Assembly: GCA_947565305.1 (NCBI GenBank)
Contig: CANOFO010000002.1
Coordinates: 3,039-67,038, forward strand
Length of the DNA stretch: 64,000 bases
Reading direction: 5' to 3'
Origin: an uncultured Lachnospiraceae bacterium
GTDB taxonomy: Bacteria; Bacillota; Clostridia; Lachnospirales; Lachnospiraceae
Shown: positions 20,609 to 30,468 of the stretch, piece after piece
How the letters are laid out: each line of letters starts with the position of its first letter
Position numbering within the stretch: position 1 is the stretch's first letter
Notes under the pieces: model-generated
The model's database searches: none
Seen by the model: only the letters and a program-made list of their open reading frames with translations
Told to the model about the DNA's origin: nothing
Program-made: the position numbers and the translations under genes

Positions 20609-21781
20609 CTAAACAAGCCCTTTCATAATCGTTTCCATAGTCTCTATAAAATAATCTATCTTGTCGTTGATGATTGTCGGATGGTTGCCTATGTAAAACC
20701 CGCTGTCATGTATCACGTCCGCATTCGTCAACGGCTGCGGTATGCTGTAATCCATAAATGCAATCGCCTTATTCCTCATGAAATTGCCAGCAAGAATCGG
20801 CCTGGTCTCGATACCTGCCTTTTCCAGTTCCCCGACCACCTGATTGCGCTTTGCGGCAAATCCATCTTCCAGTATCATGCCAAAGCCATACCATGAAGAT
20901 TTCCCTACTTCTGACTGCAGTCGAATCCCCGGGATTCCTTTTATTTTTTCAGACAGATAGGCAGCGTTTTCTCTCCTGTTTTTTATAATCTGGTCAAGTT
21001 TTTTTATCTGACGGCAGCCAATTGCCCCCTCCATATCTAAGGGACGTACATTAAATCCGGGCACGATAAAGTTAAATTTCTCATAAAATGGATTTTCACT
21101 GGCTTCGTTAATCACGCTGTCCTGGGGAAGATTCCGTGTCCAGCCGTGCGCCCTAATGCAAAGCATATACTCATACAATTCACGGTCATCTGTCACTGCT
21201 ATACCGCCTTCCATTGTACACAGATGATGGGCAAAAAAAGTAGAAAACGTTCCCAGCATCCCTATCGTCCCCAACTGCCTGCCCTCATACTCCGCACCCA
21301 TAGCCTCGCAATTGTCTTCCATGAGGATAATATGTTCCCTCTCACAGATTTGGGTCAACTCAGCAAATTTATTGGCATTCCCCAAGAGATTCACAGCAAC
21401 AATTAACTTCGTATTGTTCGTGACTGCCTCCTGGACTTTGGAAACATCCATGTTAAAGGTATCCGCCTCAACGTCCACAAACACCAATTTCAGCCCAAAC
21501 TGCACCAATGGAAAATAGGTGGTGCTCCAGGAGACAGCCGGGACGATTACCTCATCCCCTGCATGAAGCTTTCCTGAATAGACAAGGGCTGCAACTGCAA
21601 CCAGATTTGCACTGGAACCCGAATTAACCATCACCGCATATTTGCTGCCAAACTTTAAGGCAAACTCTTTTTCATATTCCGCAACATGCTTGCCCATCGT
21701 ATACATGTCGCTTTTTATCACCTCATTGATTGCTTCCAATTCTTCTTCATCCCAGGATGACTGGCAAAGTCCGTACTTCAC
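20609..21781 (-). CDS. colD: GDP-4-keto-6-deoxy-D-mannose 3-dehydratase (PLP-dependent)
   Basis: SSWD, YAVMVNSGSSANL, VPAVSWSTTY, EDNCEAMGA, STFFAHHLCTMEGG (His replaces the PLP Lys), IRAHGWTRNLP, PGFNVRP; closely follows E. coli ColD as I recall it. Confidence 0.88.
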   Translation of the reverse strand: MKYGLCQSSWDEEELEAINEVIKSDMYTMGKHVAEYEKEFALKFGSKYAVMVNSGSSANLVAVAALVYSGKLHAGDEVIVPAVSWSTTYFPLVQFGLKLVFVDVEADTFNMDVSKVQEAVTNNTKLIVAVNLLGNANKFAELTQICEREHIILMEDNCEAMGAEYEGRQLGTIGMLGTFSTFFAHHLCTMEGGIAVTDDRELYEYMLCIRAHGWTRNLPQDSVINEASENPFYEKFNFIVPGFNVRPLDMEGAIGCRQIKKLDQIIKNRRENAAYLSEKIKGIPGIRLQSEVGKSSWYGFGMILEDGFAAKRNQVVGELEKAGIETRPILAGNFMRNKAIAFMDYSIPQPLTNADVIHDSGFYIGNHPTIINDKIDYFIETMETIMKGLV

Positions 21782-22782
21782 TGTTCTCCCTCCATTTCTT
21801 TATATGTTTTCATGTACCATTCATAAATTTCCGGCAAACCCTGGTCCAGGGAAATTTCCGCCTGATACCCTGTCAGTTGATAGAGTTTATCTGTGCAGGG
21901 GCAGCGGCGGAGCACACAGCCTTCCGGGGCTGGTTCCACCTTTACCTGTGGATTACTGCCAGCAATGGTTAGCAGCTTTTTCAACAAATCAATAATCTTG
22001 ATTTCCTCATCACTCTTGCCGATATGCACAATCTCGCCCTGACAGCGGTCCGACAGCATCACCGCCTCCGTTGCGCGGACGCCGTCTTTCACATCACAGA
22101 ATGCCCGCGTCTCCTCCCCTCCATAAATCGTAAAAGGATTTTCACCGTCAAAAATTCGTTTTATAAATTCCGGCAGTACATGGTCAAATCCCATCCTCGG
22201 TCCATAGATGTTATGATAGCGGATAATTTTTACAGGCACATGGTTCACTCTCCCATAGTTGGCGGCAATAATCTCACCAATCAACTTGCTTCCGCCATAA
22301 GACCAACGCGGATTAAGCACGTTATCTATTGTCAGCGGAATATCCTCTTTGGTCGGGATATACTCTGCATGTTCGTCCAGATAGCAATTGATTGTGCCCG
22401 CATACGTTTCTGATGAGGAAGAATACAGGAAACTCCCGCAATTCTCTGATGTACACCACTCCAACATATTCATCAAAGTCAGGATATTTGCCCTGAGCAC
22501 GTCATAGGGCCTTTGATAAAAGTTTTTCGTCCCATTGATAGCAGCCAGATGATACACATAATCATATTTCCCAGACAACTGGCGATAAAATTTTTTCTCC
22601 GTCATGTCTGCCTGAATAAAAATTACATTTGCTTTCTCAATCAAGGACTGGAACATTCCATCGGAAGAACCACGTGCAAAATTATCAATCACGGTGACTT
22701 CCATTCCTTCCTGCCCTGACAGGTAATCTGCCAGATGGTAACCTATAAAGCCGCTTCCTCCTGTAACTATCGCTCTCTTCAT
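21778..22782 (-). CDS. Extended SDR, UDP-uronate decarboxylase/epimerase-like
   Basis: TGGSGFIG, HLAAINGT, SSSSETY, PRWSYGGSK, RYHNIYGPRM, ETRAFC. Confidence 0.75.
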   Translation of the reverse strand: MKRAIVTGGSGFIGYHLADYLSGQEGMEVTVIDNFARGSSDGMFQSLIEKANVIFIQADMTEKKFYRQLSGKYDYVYHLAAINGTKNFYQRPYDVLRANILTLMNMLEWCTSENCGSFLYSSSSETYAGTINCYLDEHAEYIPTKEDIPLTIDNVLNPRWSYGGSKLIGEIIAANYGRVNHVPVKIIRYHNIYGPRMGFDHVLPEFIKRIFDGENPFTIYGGEETRAFCDVKDGVRATEAVMLSDRCQGEIVHIGKSDEEIKIIDLLKKLLTIAGSNPQVKVEPAPEGCVLRRCPCTDKLYQLTGYQAEISLDQGLPEIYEWYMKTYKEMEGEQ

Positions 22783-24074
22783 ATCTTCTCCTCTATCAGC
22801 ATATTGCCAATTGTGTCTCTCTCTTCTCTTTCCTTTAATTCATCACAGCAGTCCCAGATGTCCAATATCCTGACCCCCTCCATTCCCTGTGTAAAATGAA
22901 AGGTATGGTACCTGCTGCAGTTATTCAGTGCCAGCATCCCGGCAATTCCCTCACAGGCTTCGTTTAGGTCATCATACACTTCCCCCAAATTCAATTCCTG
23001 CAGTTCCTCACGCCTGGCAACAAAATCATGTAATCTCAATTTATAGCCTTTGTCCTTCAGCTTCCTTGCGATATATACGGAACTGGACCCCCTCAAATCA
23101 GAAGTCTCCGGCACGCCTTTGAATGCCATCCCAGTAAGGAGCAGCTCTTTCTCCTGAGCCGGCGCGCCGATTTTGCGCTCCACCCAGCAGACAACATCGT
23201 CTTCCAGCGATTCGTTAAAGCGCCTTGCCGCATATATGAAATCTTTGCTCTTTCCCTCTTGCATATTGTTCATCAGGATATAGGCATCTTTCTCCAGACA
23301 TGGTCCAGCCACAAATCCAGGGCTGGCAATGTTGCTCCTTGCGTAACCTTCGTTGGCATTTCTGATGACGCTGATGCCATCGAGCCCAAATGTCTGTGCT
23401 GCCACATTAAGCACGTTGCCTAGGGCAAAATTCATATCCCGGTAGATATTGCAGTATAACTTAATGAGTTCTGCTTCCTCCAGACTCTCCGCTTCTATCA
23501 CCTTGGAAGTAATCTGCTTAAAAAGCTTATGTGACATTTTGACTGCCTGTGGGGAATTGCCGCTGACAACCTGCGGAAGGCTTGTCAGTTCCACAAGCGC
23601 TTTTCCCTCAACCGTACGTTCCGGGCACATGGCAATCATCGGGGCACACCCCGAATCTTCTGCCATCTCCTGCAGCCTTGGCAATACCACGTTCCTGCTG
23701 GTGCCAACAGATACCGTGCTGCGCAGGATAACCAGTTCACGTCCGCTATATACGTTCCTGAACGCCTTCAAAGAGGACACGATATAATCAAAATTCGGCT
23801 CTTTTGTCTGCCCAATGAGAGGCGTCCCTACTGTAATCATAAAGGCGTCAAATTGTACATCCCGTGGAAACTCTTCCACACAGAAAAATTTCCGCCCCAT
23901 ACATTCCTTGATTTTATCGTCTAAGCCAGGTTCAAAAAAATGTGCTTGACCACCTGCCAAAGACTGTTTTATCCGCTTCTCCTTTTCTACGCCATACACG
24001 GTAATGCCTTTATCCGCTGCGGCAATGGCAAAGGTCAGGCCCACATAGCCAAGCCCAATTATTCCTATCGTCAT
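22779..24074 (-). CDS. Nucleotide-sugar 6-dehydrogenase (UDP-Glc/ManNAc dehydrogenase family)
   Basis: IGLGYVG, ITVGTP, RSTV, CPER, AELIKL, GPCLEKD, GMAFK, DLRGS. Confidence 0.9.
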   Translation of the reverse strand: MTIGIIGLGYVGLTFAIAAADKGITVYGVEKEKRIKQSLAGGQAHFFEPGLDDKIKECMGRKFFCVEEFPRDVQFDAFMITVGTPLIGQTKEPNFDYIVSSLKAFRNVYSGRELVILRSTVSVGTSRNVVLPRLQEMAEDSGCAPMIAMCPERTVEGKALVELTSLPQVVSGNSPQAVKMSHKLFKQITSKVIEAESLEEAELIKLYCNIYRDMNFALGNVLNVAAQTFGLDGISVIRNANEGYARSNIASPGFVAGPCLEKDAYILMNNMQEGKSKDFIYAARRFNESLEDDVVCWVERKIGAPAQEKELLLTGMAFKGVPETSDLRGSSSVYIARKLKDKGYKLRLHDFVARREELQELNLGEVYDDLNEACEGIAGMLALNNCSRYHTFHFTQGMEGVRILDIWDCCDELKEREERDTIGNMLIEEKI

Positions 24075-24098
24075 TTCCTACGCCTCTTTTCTTCGGTT

Positions 24099-25295
24099 TT
24101 ATCTTTGTGATAAGAGTTTCTTCGATAATGAAATCACACGGTTCACCACGGTATCTGAGTTGAAATGCTCCCACTCGCCCCAGCGTCCAACGCCAAATAT
24201 ATGATGCTTTTCCATCTCCTGTAAGATAGCGCTTATCATCACTTTCTTCTTTACGGTATTGCATGGGTATGCGTATTGGTTCACATATTTCCAGCCCCCT
24301 GCCGGCACAACCCTTTCCATATTCGTCTCATAGAATCCGCCATGTCCGCCCTCGATAAAGTTATTGCGGTAAAACCTTCTGTGATAGGGCAGCTCATGGT
24401 TCGGATAAAATACCCAATGGGCATTGTCCTCCCTGTCCTCTTCAAAGTACCTGACTTCCAGCGAGGTGTATGGCAGCTCTTTACAGTAATCCGTAACCTG
24501 GGAATCACAGCCTGTAATCTCGTCAAACTCCGTCCAGGGAATCGTATTGATGATATATTCTGCTGAATATGTATCGTTAACGGTTTTCGTCTTACAGTCT
24601 AATTTATTGGCTTGCACATGGTACTCAATCTTATCTTTCACACGTTCTGCCATGCGATTCCAGACCTCGCCGTAACCAGCCGTCTTGGGATAATAAAATG
24701 CGCCGTGGGACGGATATTTGCCATGCATTTTCTTTTCCAGACAGCTCAGGAGCGTATCTTCAAAATTGACCGTTGGCAATTTATCCAGCCAATAAGTGCC
24801 AAGTTCGTCAAAATATTTGCCAAACATCTTTTTGTTGTAGGGAACCAAATACTCCCCAGCAATTTTATCTCCTAGTTTCCAGTGCGCCCATTCTTCAAAA
24901 TTCTCCGGCATAGGCGTATTCAAGTTGGCTCCGGCATAGGCAATTGATTTCAGATATTCCACCTGGTCTTCCAACGGCAGCTGGTATATCTGGGCTTCCA
25001 TCGGATAATCTATTACTGCCCTGCCCAAATCAATCTTTCGGATACAGGGATAATAATTCCATTCCTCCAGGGGCATAAACGATAATATGTATTCCTGACC
25101 TTCGCTCTTTCTGGCATCTAAGAAATGACCTCCGCCAAAATCAAGCGGAAAACCCCCTACTTCCTCACTGCGGCATAATCCCCCGGCGTTTTCTTCCTTC
25201 TCCAACACCAGAAAATTTTCTTCTCCTCCGTCTTTCAGGCAGTTTGCCATCGTTACACCGGCTGGTCCGGCTCCTAAAATCAAATACTTCAGCAT
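24099..25295 (-). CDS. FAD-dependent oxidoreductase, UDP-galactopyranose mutase-like
   Basis: ILGAGPAG, GGLCRS, DFGGGHF, PYNKKM, FYYPKTAG, YAYP, GRWGEWEHFNSD. Confidence 0.7.
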   Translation of the reverse strand: MLKYLILGAGPAGVTMANCLKDGGEENFLVLEKEENAGGLCRSEEVGGFPLDFGGGHFLDARKSEGQEYILSFMPLEEWNYYPCIRKIDLGRAVIDYPMEAQIYQLPLEDQVEYLKSIAYAGANLNTPMPENFEEWAHWKLGDKIAGEYLVPYNKKMFGKYFDELGTYWLDKLPTVNFEDTLLSCLEKKMHGKYPSHGAFYYPKTAGYGEVWNRMAERVKDKIEYHVQANKLDCKTKTVNDTYSAEYIINTIPWTEFDEITGCDSQVTDYCKELPYTSLEVRYFEEDREDNAHWVFYPNHELPYHRRFYRNNFIEGGHGGFYETNMERVVPAGGWKYVNQYAYPCNTVKKKVMISAILQEMEKHHIFGVGRWGEWEHFNSDTVVNRVISLSKKLLSQR

Positions 25296-25325
25296 TTTTT
25301 TCTCCTTTGAACAATATTTAATATA

Positions 25326-26948
25326 TTAGATTTTTCGACAAAAAATAATTGTATTACTAACATCTTCCATTAAAAAATTCAATTTATCCTTTGCTTCTTT
25401 TTCACTCCCGCATTTTACCCCAGCATAACATTTTATCTTCGGCTCTGTCCCGGAAGGACGGATACAGCACCACGCATCAGCCTCCAGTTCAAAGTACAAT
25501 ACATTGGAACGCGGCAGACCTGTGACCGCGGCTTTACCTGTCAGGCAATTTACAATCTTATCCTCACGGTAATCACGAAACTGCATAACTTTAAATCCTC
25601 CTATCTGCTCGGGAAGATTGGTGCGTATATGTTCCATCATTGCTGCAATTTTTTCTTTTCCCTCCTGCCCCTTTAGGGTGACAGCAGTAAGCCCCTCTTT
25701 AAAGTAGCCGTATCGTTGACAAAGATGTTCCATCTGTTCACAAAGCGTCATGTTCCGGCTCCTGCACCACGCAGCGACTTCACACAATGCCATCGCTGCA
25801 GCCACGGCGTCTTTATCTCTGGCGTACGTCCCCGGCAGACAGCCATAACTCTCCTCAGAGCCAAACAGATATTCATAACTGTGCTCCTGCTCAAACTGCT
25901 TAATCTGCTCCCCGATATATTTAAAACCAGTGAGCGTCTCTATCAATTCCACATGATACTCTTTTGTAATTTTCCTTGCCATTTTCCCGGAAACAATGGT
26001 AGTTATAACCGCACCATTCTCCGGCAAGATACCTAAGGCTTTTTTTTGGGAAAGGATGTATTCTAAAATCAGCATCCCGGACATATTGCCAGTAAAACTT
26101 TTGTAACTTCCAGTCTTTGTATCCTTAGCATATATCCCCAGACGGTCCGCATCGGGGTCCGTAGCAAGCACAATGTCTGCCTCCACTTCTTCTGCCAGCT
26201 TTAATGCAAGGTCAAAGGCATGTTTATCCTCAGGATTCGGATAAGAAACCGTAGGGAAGTTTCCGTCCGGCAATTCCTGCTCCTTTACCACGTAAACCTG
26301 TGCAAAACCTAATTCCTGCAAAATCCTCCTCACTGGAAGATTCCCTGTCCCATGCAATGGCGTATAGACAATCTTCAGCTTTGATGCCTGTTCCCTGATT
26401 ATCTGAGGACGGAGCGCTAATTTTTTTATAGCTTCAAAATACCGGTCTTCTGTCTCAGGTGGAATAACCTGATATAATCCTCTTTCTTCTGCTTCTTCCC
26501 GGGATATGGACTTAATCTGAGCAAAATCTGTAACATCATTTACCCTGGCAATAATTTCTTTATCCCTGGGCGCCGTAATCTGTCCACCATCCTCCCAATA
26601 AACTTTATATCCGTTATACTCGGGAGGATTATGGCTTGCTGTCACTACAATGCCAGCCATACATCCAAGTTCTCGAATTGCAAAAGATAGCATCGGGGTC
26701 GGGTGCGGCTGGGAAAATATATAGACTTTAATCTTGTTTGCCGCCAGACAGCAAGCTGCCGTTTCCGCAAACTCAGAAGACCTATTCCTTGTATCATAAG
26801 CAATGGCGACCCCCTTCTCTCCGCCTTTCTGTTCTATAATATAATTGGCAAGCCCCTGCGTTGCTTTTTGGACTGTGCCGCTGTTCATCTGGTCTTCTCC
26901 TTCGCCCATAATACCACGGAGTCCGCCAGTGCCAAATTCCAATCCCAT
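25326..26948 (-). CDS. pgm: Phosphoglucomutase/phosphomannomutase
   Basis: FGTGGLRG, TASHNP (phospho-Ser), DPDADR, GFKYIG, EESYG, RPSGTEPKIK. Confidence 0.93.
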   Translation of the reverse strand: MGLEFGTGGLRGIMGEGEDQMNSGTVQKATQGLANYIIEQKGGEKGVAIAYDTRNRSSEFAETAACCLAANKIKVYIFSQPHPTPMLSFAIRELGCMAGIVVTASHNPPEYNGYKVYWEDGGQITAPRDKEIIARVNDVTDFAQIKSISREEAEERGLYQVIPPETEDRYFEAIKKLALRPQIIREQASKLKIVYTPLHGTGNLPVRRILQELGFAQVYVVKEQELPDGNFPTVSYPNPEDKHAFDLALKLAEEVEADIVLATDPDADRLGIYAKDTKTGSYKSFTGNMSGMLILEYILSQKKALGILPENGAVITTIVSGKMARKITKEYHVELIETLTGFKYIGEQIKQFEQEHSYEYLFGSEESYGCLPGTYARDKDAVAAAMALCEVAAWCRSRNMTLCEQMEHLCQRYGYFKEGLTAVTLKGQEGKEKIAAMMEHIRTNLPEQIGGFKVMQFRDYREDKIVNCLTGKAAVTGLPRSNVLYFELEADAWCCIRPSGTEPKIKCYAGVKCGSEKEAKDKLNFLMEDVSNTIIFCRKI

Positions 26949-27027
26949 TCGGATTCCTCCTTACTGTTTATATATTCCAATAAACATTTCTAAGACGCTA
27001 AAATCACGTTTTAGAAACTAGGAACAC

Positions 27028-28299
27028 TTATTCCACAAACGAATTTATGGTCATATAATCAGTTATACCCATTTTTTCTAATAAATCGACAATTTCTCCT
27101 TCATATCTTTCTCCAACCGCCACTACTACCCCGGAATTGTCACCAAACTCTACTTCACTAAGTTCGTACACTGGCAAGCCAAAAAACTCCGTCTTCCCAT
27201 GTTCCCTCTTACTGACAAGGAATCCGTCTGGTCTTCGATTTTCCCCACCTGCAATCCGAAAGCATTTCTCTCCATAATAACCTGCTCCATAAAAATAGAC
27301 CTTTTGAAATCTTTCCATAAATGGTACTAAATTCTTTTTTAGGTACACTTGCTGGGCTAGATCCCTGAAAGAATTAATTCCCAAATCTTTTAAATTGGCA
27401 TATGTCGTTCGCAATGTATTTTTTATTTGTAATATATATCTTTGTGCAAACATATCCGACATTACATAACCTGTTTCAAAACCCGCATCCTGTGCCACAT
27501 AACCTAAAACACGCTCTATTGCATGACTAATAGTTCCATCCCATGGCAACGGTTCTTCTTGAAAATGCTCATACTTCCAATCCTTTGCCAGCAATTTCTC
27601 CAGTGCAGCAAACTTGCACCAAAACACCGTTCCCAAAGTAACAGAAGGATACTTTGGGGAAATATTGCAATTTAGTTTTAACATTTCTGCTAAATTTACG
27701 GTATTTTCATAATTCGCCCCCCATGTATCGACATAAGCATGATTCAATCTCCTTCCTGCCATTTCCGGCGGCACTAACAAACCAACCGTTTTATTTTTCA
27801 CTAATAAATCTAATACATTATATATGTACTCTTCTGAAATCAAAGTGTTATCCCACATATTTCTAATCCATAATTGCGTATCAGCAGAAAGTTTTTCATT
27901 TTTTTCTTTTTTATCGTGTACAAAACATACATACCTGTATTGACAAACCTTTTCCCGGAAAGCTACCAGTAATGCACTAAGGTCTCTTCCCCTGTTTTCC
28001 TTCATAATAATATTACAGTGTTGTAAATTCCATTGCTGCAGATAATTTTCCAATTTCTGTTTCATCTCCCCTGAAGACACAGAAATAAATACATTTATAC
28101 CAACTGGTATATTTTTTATATATGCAAGATAATCCTCCACGCTGTCTTCATAATACAAATGAATAAAAATGCCTACTTCATTTAATTGGAAAGACTGGGG
28201 AATATCTTCTCTAATCTTTGAGGATAAAACAAAATTCAGTTCTTTCTCTTTCACTATTTCAAAAACATTTTCTAAAAAACTATCCTTTGATACAATCAT
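27028..28299 (-). CDS. Rhamnan synthesis F (RgpF)-family protein with C-terminal Rossmann-like module
   Basis: IFIHLYY, ENRGRDLSAL, CFVHDKK, GTVFWC, DGTISHAIER; FYGAGYYG. Confidence 0.82.
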   Translation of the reverse strand: MIVSKDSFLENVFEIVKEKELNFVLSSKIREDIPQSFQLNEVGIFIHLYYEDSVEDYLAYIKNIPVGINVFISVSSGEMKQKLENYLQQWNLQHCNIIMKENRGRDLSALLVAFREKVCQYRYVCFVHDKKEKNEKLSADTQLWIRNMWDNTLISEEYIYNVLDLLVKNKTVGLLVPPEMAGRRLNHAYVDTWGANYENTVNLAEMLKLNCNISPKYPSVTLGTVFWCKFAALEKLLAKDWKYEHFQEEPLPWDGTISHAIERVLGYVAQDAGFETGYVMSDMFAQRYILQIKNTLRTTYANLKDLGINSFRDLAQQVYLKKNLVPFMERFQKVYFYGAGYYGEKCFRIAGGENRRPDGFLVSKREHGKTEFFGLPVYELSEVEFGDNSGVVVAVGERYEGEIVDLLEKMGITDYMTINSFVE

Positions 28300-29501
28300 A
28301 TATTTGACTCCAAAAGCTCTTGTATAATTTCCTCAAATAAATAAACTTTAATATCTTTAAATTTCATTTCCAATGTTTGTCTGATTTCCTGACTCCCAAA
28401 AGCTGCCGTTACTACAACAGCTTCTGTTTGCTGCAAGTATTCTTGCGCTATTTTATCATCTAATTTCACAATCGGCAAATCCTTAACAATCATCCTATCT
28501 GCCCTCTGGTCAATACCGCATATGACATTTATCCCTACACTACCAAGTTCGCGAAAAACTCTCTCACCAATACATCCAAATCCATAAATTACAAGCTGTT
28601 CCATACCCCGGCTTTGGAAAAATTCCACGAATGATATTCCTCTGCTTTCCAGATATGCCCAACGATCCAATAACTCATGAATATACTTTTCCTTGGCAGA
28701 TTTCTCCTTTTCTCTCTCCTCTTTTCTCTTCCTCCACAACTCCACTTCTTCCAACTGCGTTATCTGTATACCAAAAAGCTGCGCATACTCTTTCATGATA
28801 CTAACCGCCTCTTTGATAGATTTATCTATTATTGCAGACTGGTTTGACACATTCCCCTCATGTCCCACATGAACATACAAATGTTCCATATTAATTGTAA
28901 ACTTTTTTCCCTCAAACAGCATAAGCATCCACAGCAAAAAGTCATCCGCCCCATTGCTTTTCATCGTCCTGGTCAGCCAAATCTCTGGAATAGCACTTTT
29001 GTTCAACAACACCTGTCCCGGAGAAACAATCTGATTTTCCTGAGACAAATAGTTCTCTAAATCCGTTACTTTTTCCAGTTCTTCCAAAGACTTATATATA
29101 TGTGACTTTACATCCTTATCACGCTTTGTTAAATATCCATTGCACACTACTGCCTCGCAATTACCAATCTTTCTTCTCTGGCTCACAAAATAATCTTCTG
29201 ATATCTTGTCATCCTGATCCAAAAAAATAAGATAACTCCCTCTTGCCAGCTTAGCCCCTGACTGCCTTGCGCCATGAATCCCCTGATTTTCTTCCAAGTT
29301 GCATACAATAACTTCTCCCCAAGTTCTAACGCCTCCCTTGACAGGCAATTTATTTCCAGGCTCATCATTAACGAAAATAAGTTCGCAATCCACCCCCATC
29401 TGCTTCTTCATGTTTATAAAATTGACTTCTGCTATCTGCAATAAATATGGCAAATATCGATTTCCTTGATATAAAGTTACAATTAGCGATGTATCTATCA
29501 T
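28296..29501 (-). CDS. GT2 glycosyltransferase with C-terminal Rossmann-like module
   Basis: IFVNDEP, NQGIHGAR, FLDQDD, SPGQVL, GADDFLLW; IYGFGCIG; start moved to ATG 29501 after GAGG. Confidence 0.85.
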   Translation of the reverse strand: MIDTSLIVTLYQGNRYLPYLLQIAEVNFINMKKQMGVDCELIFVNDEPGNKLPVKGGVRTWGEVIVCNLEENQGIHGARQSGAKLARGSYLIFLDQDDKISEDYFVSQRRKIGNCEAVVCNGYLTKRDKDVKSHIYKSLEELEKVTDLENYLSQENQIVSPGQVLLNKSAIPEIWLTRTMKSNGADDFLLWMLMLFEGKKFTINMEHLYVHVGHEGNVSNQSAIIDKSIKEAVSIMKEYAQLFGIQITQLEEVELWRKRKEEREKEKSAKEKYIHELLDRWAYLESRGISFVEFFQSRGMEQLVIYGFGCIGERVFRELGSVGINVICGIDQRADRMIVKDLPIVKLDDKIAQEYLQQTEAVVVTAAFGSQEIRQTLEMKFKDIKVYLFEEIIQELLESNI

Positions 29502-29520
29502 GCTCTTCCTCTCTTGTCGT

Positions 29521-30456
29521 TCATCCGACATCCGATTTCCCTGAAAAACCAGTTCCGTTCCAGCTTCCAAGCATTCGGGATATTCCCTCAGCCATAGTAA
29601 TTCCACATTCCCAGCCTATCCGTTCCTTTATCTTACTACAGTCCAGCACATTATTCTTTACCTGCACACCATAAGCCGGCTTCAATGTCTGATGCAATTC
29701 AATTCCCAACATTGCAGATATAATCTCACATATTTCAAGAATGCTCGTTCCCTCACTGCTTCCTACATTATAGACCCCCTCCTCTATATCCAGAAGCAAA
29801 CATCGGTAAATGCACTCACAAAGGTCGTCAATATAAAGATAGTCCCTAAGGCAATTTCCATCCCCCCAAATTTCAACGTTTTTTCCCAACAGACCACTTG
29901 CCAAAAAAGTAGCTATAATTCCCTGCCCATTGAACGGCTGCTGATAAGGACCATATGGATTTGCTATCCTCAGGCAAACCGTAGGTATTTTGCTCGTCCT
30001 GGAGATAAAACTCAGATAATTTTCTATCATCAGCTTTTGTATCCCATATTCAGAAATAGGCTGTGCCTCCTCCAACTCACTGATGGGAAAAATATTTTTA
30101 TTCCCATATACCGCCCCGCCAGAAGAAGCGAAAAAAATTTTCTTTACCTTACATTCCACACATATGTCAATAAGCAACATCATATCTACAATATTACTTT
30201 GGAAAAGTTCTCGCTGATTTCTTATCGCAGAAACCGGCACACCCTTCCACTTTAGCAAAATTATATAATCATCCTCTTGTACTATACCTCTATAGAGCTC
30301 TGAATCTTCTCCTACATCCTGATAGTAAACAACACCCTTAATTTCTTGCTTTGGCTTCCTGTTATCACATGCAACAACCTGCACTTGTCTACTGTTCAAA
30401 TACTGCAGTAAATTTGTGCCGATGAAACCATTACTTCCAATCACTACAACCCGCAT
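29521..30456 (-). CDS. NAD-dependent epimerase/dehydratase
   Basis: GSNGFIG, SSGGAVYG, YGIQK, RIANPYGP, RDYLYIDD. Confidence 0.88.
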   Translation of the reverse strand: MRVVVIGSNGFIGTNLLQYLNSRQVQVVACDNRKPKQEIKGVVYYQDVGEDSELYRGIVQEDDYIILLKWKGVPVSAIRNQRELFQSNIVDMMLLIDICVECKVKKIFFASSGGAVYGNKNIFPISELEEAQPISEYGIQKLMIENYLSFISRTSKIPTVCLRIANPYGPYQQPFNGQGIIATFLASGLLGKNVEIWGDGNCLRDYLYIDDLCECIYRCLLLDIEEGVYNVGSSEGTSILEICEIISAMLGIELHQTLKPAYGVQVKNNVLDCSKIKERIGWECGITMAEGISRMLGSWNGTGFSGKSDVG

Positions 30457-30468
30457 TATTTTTATCCT

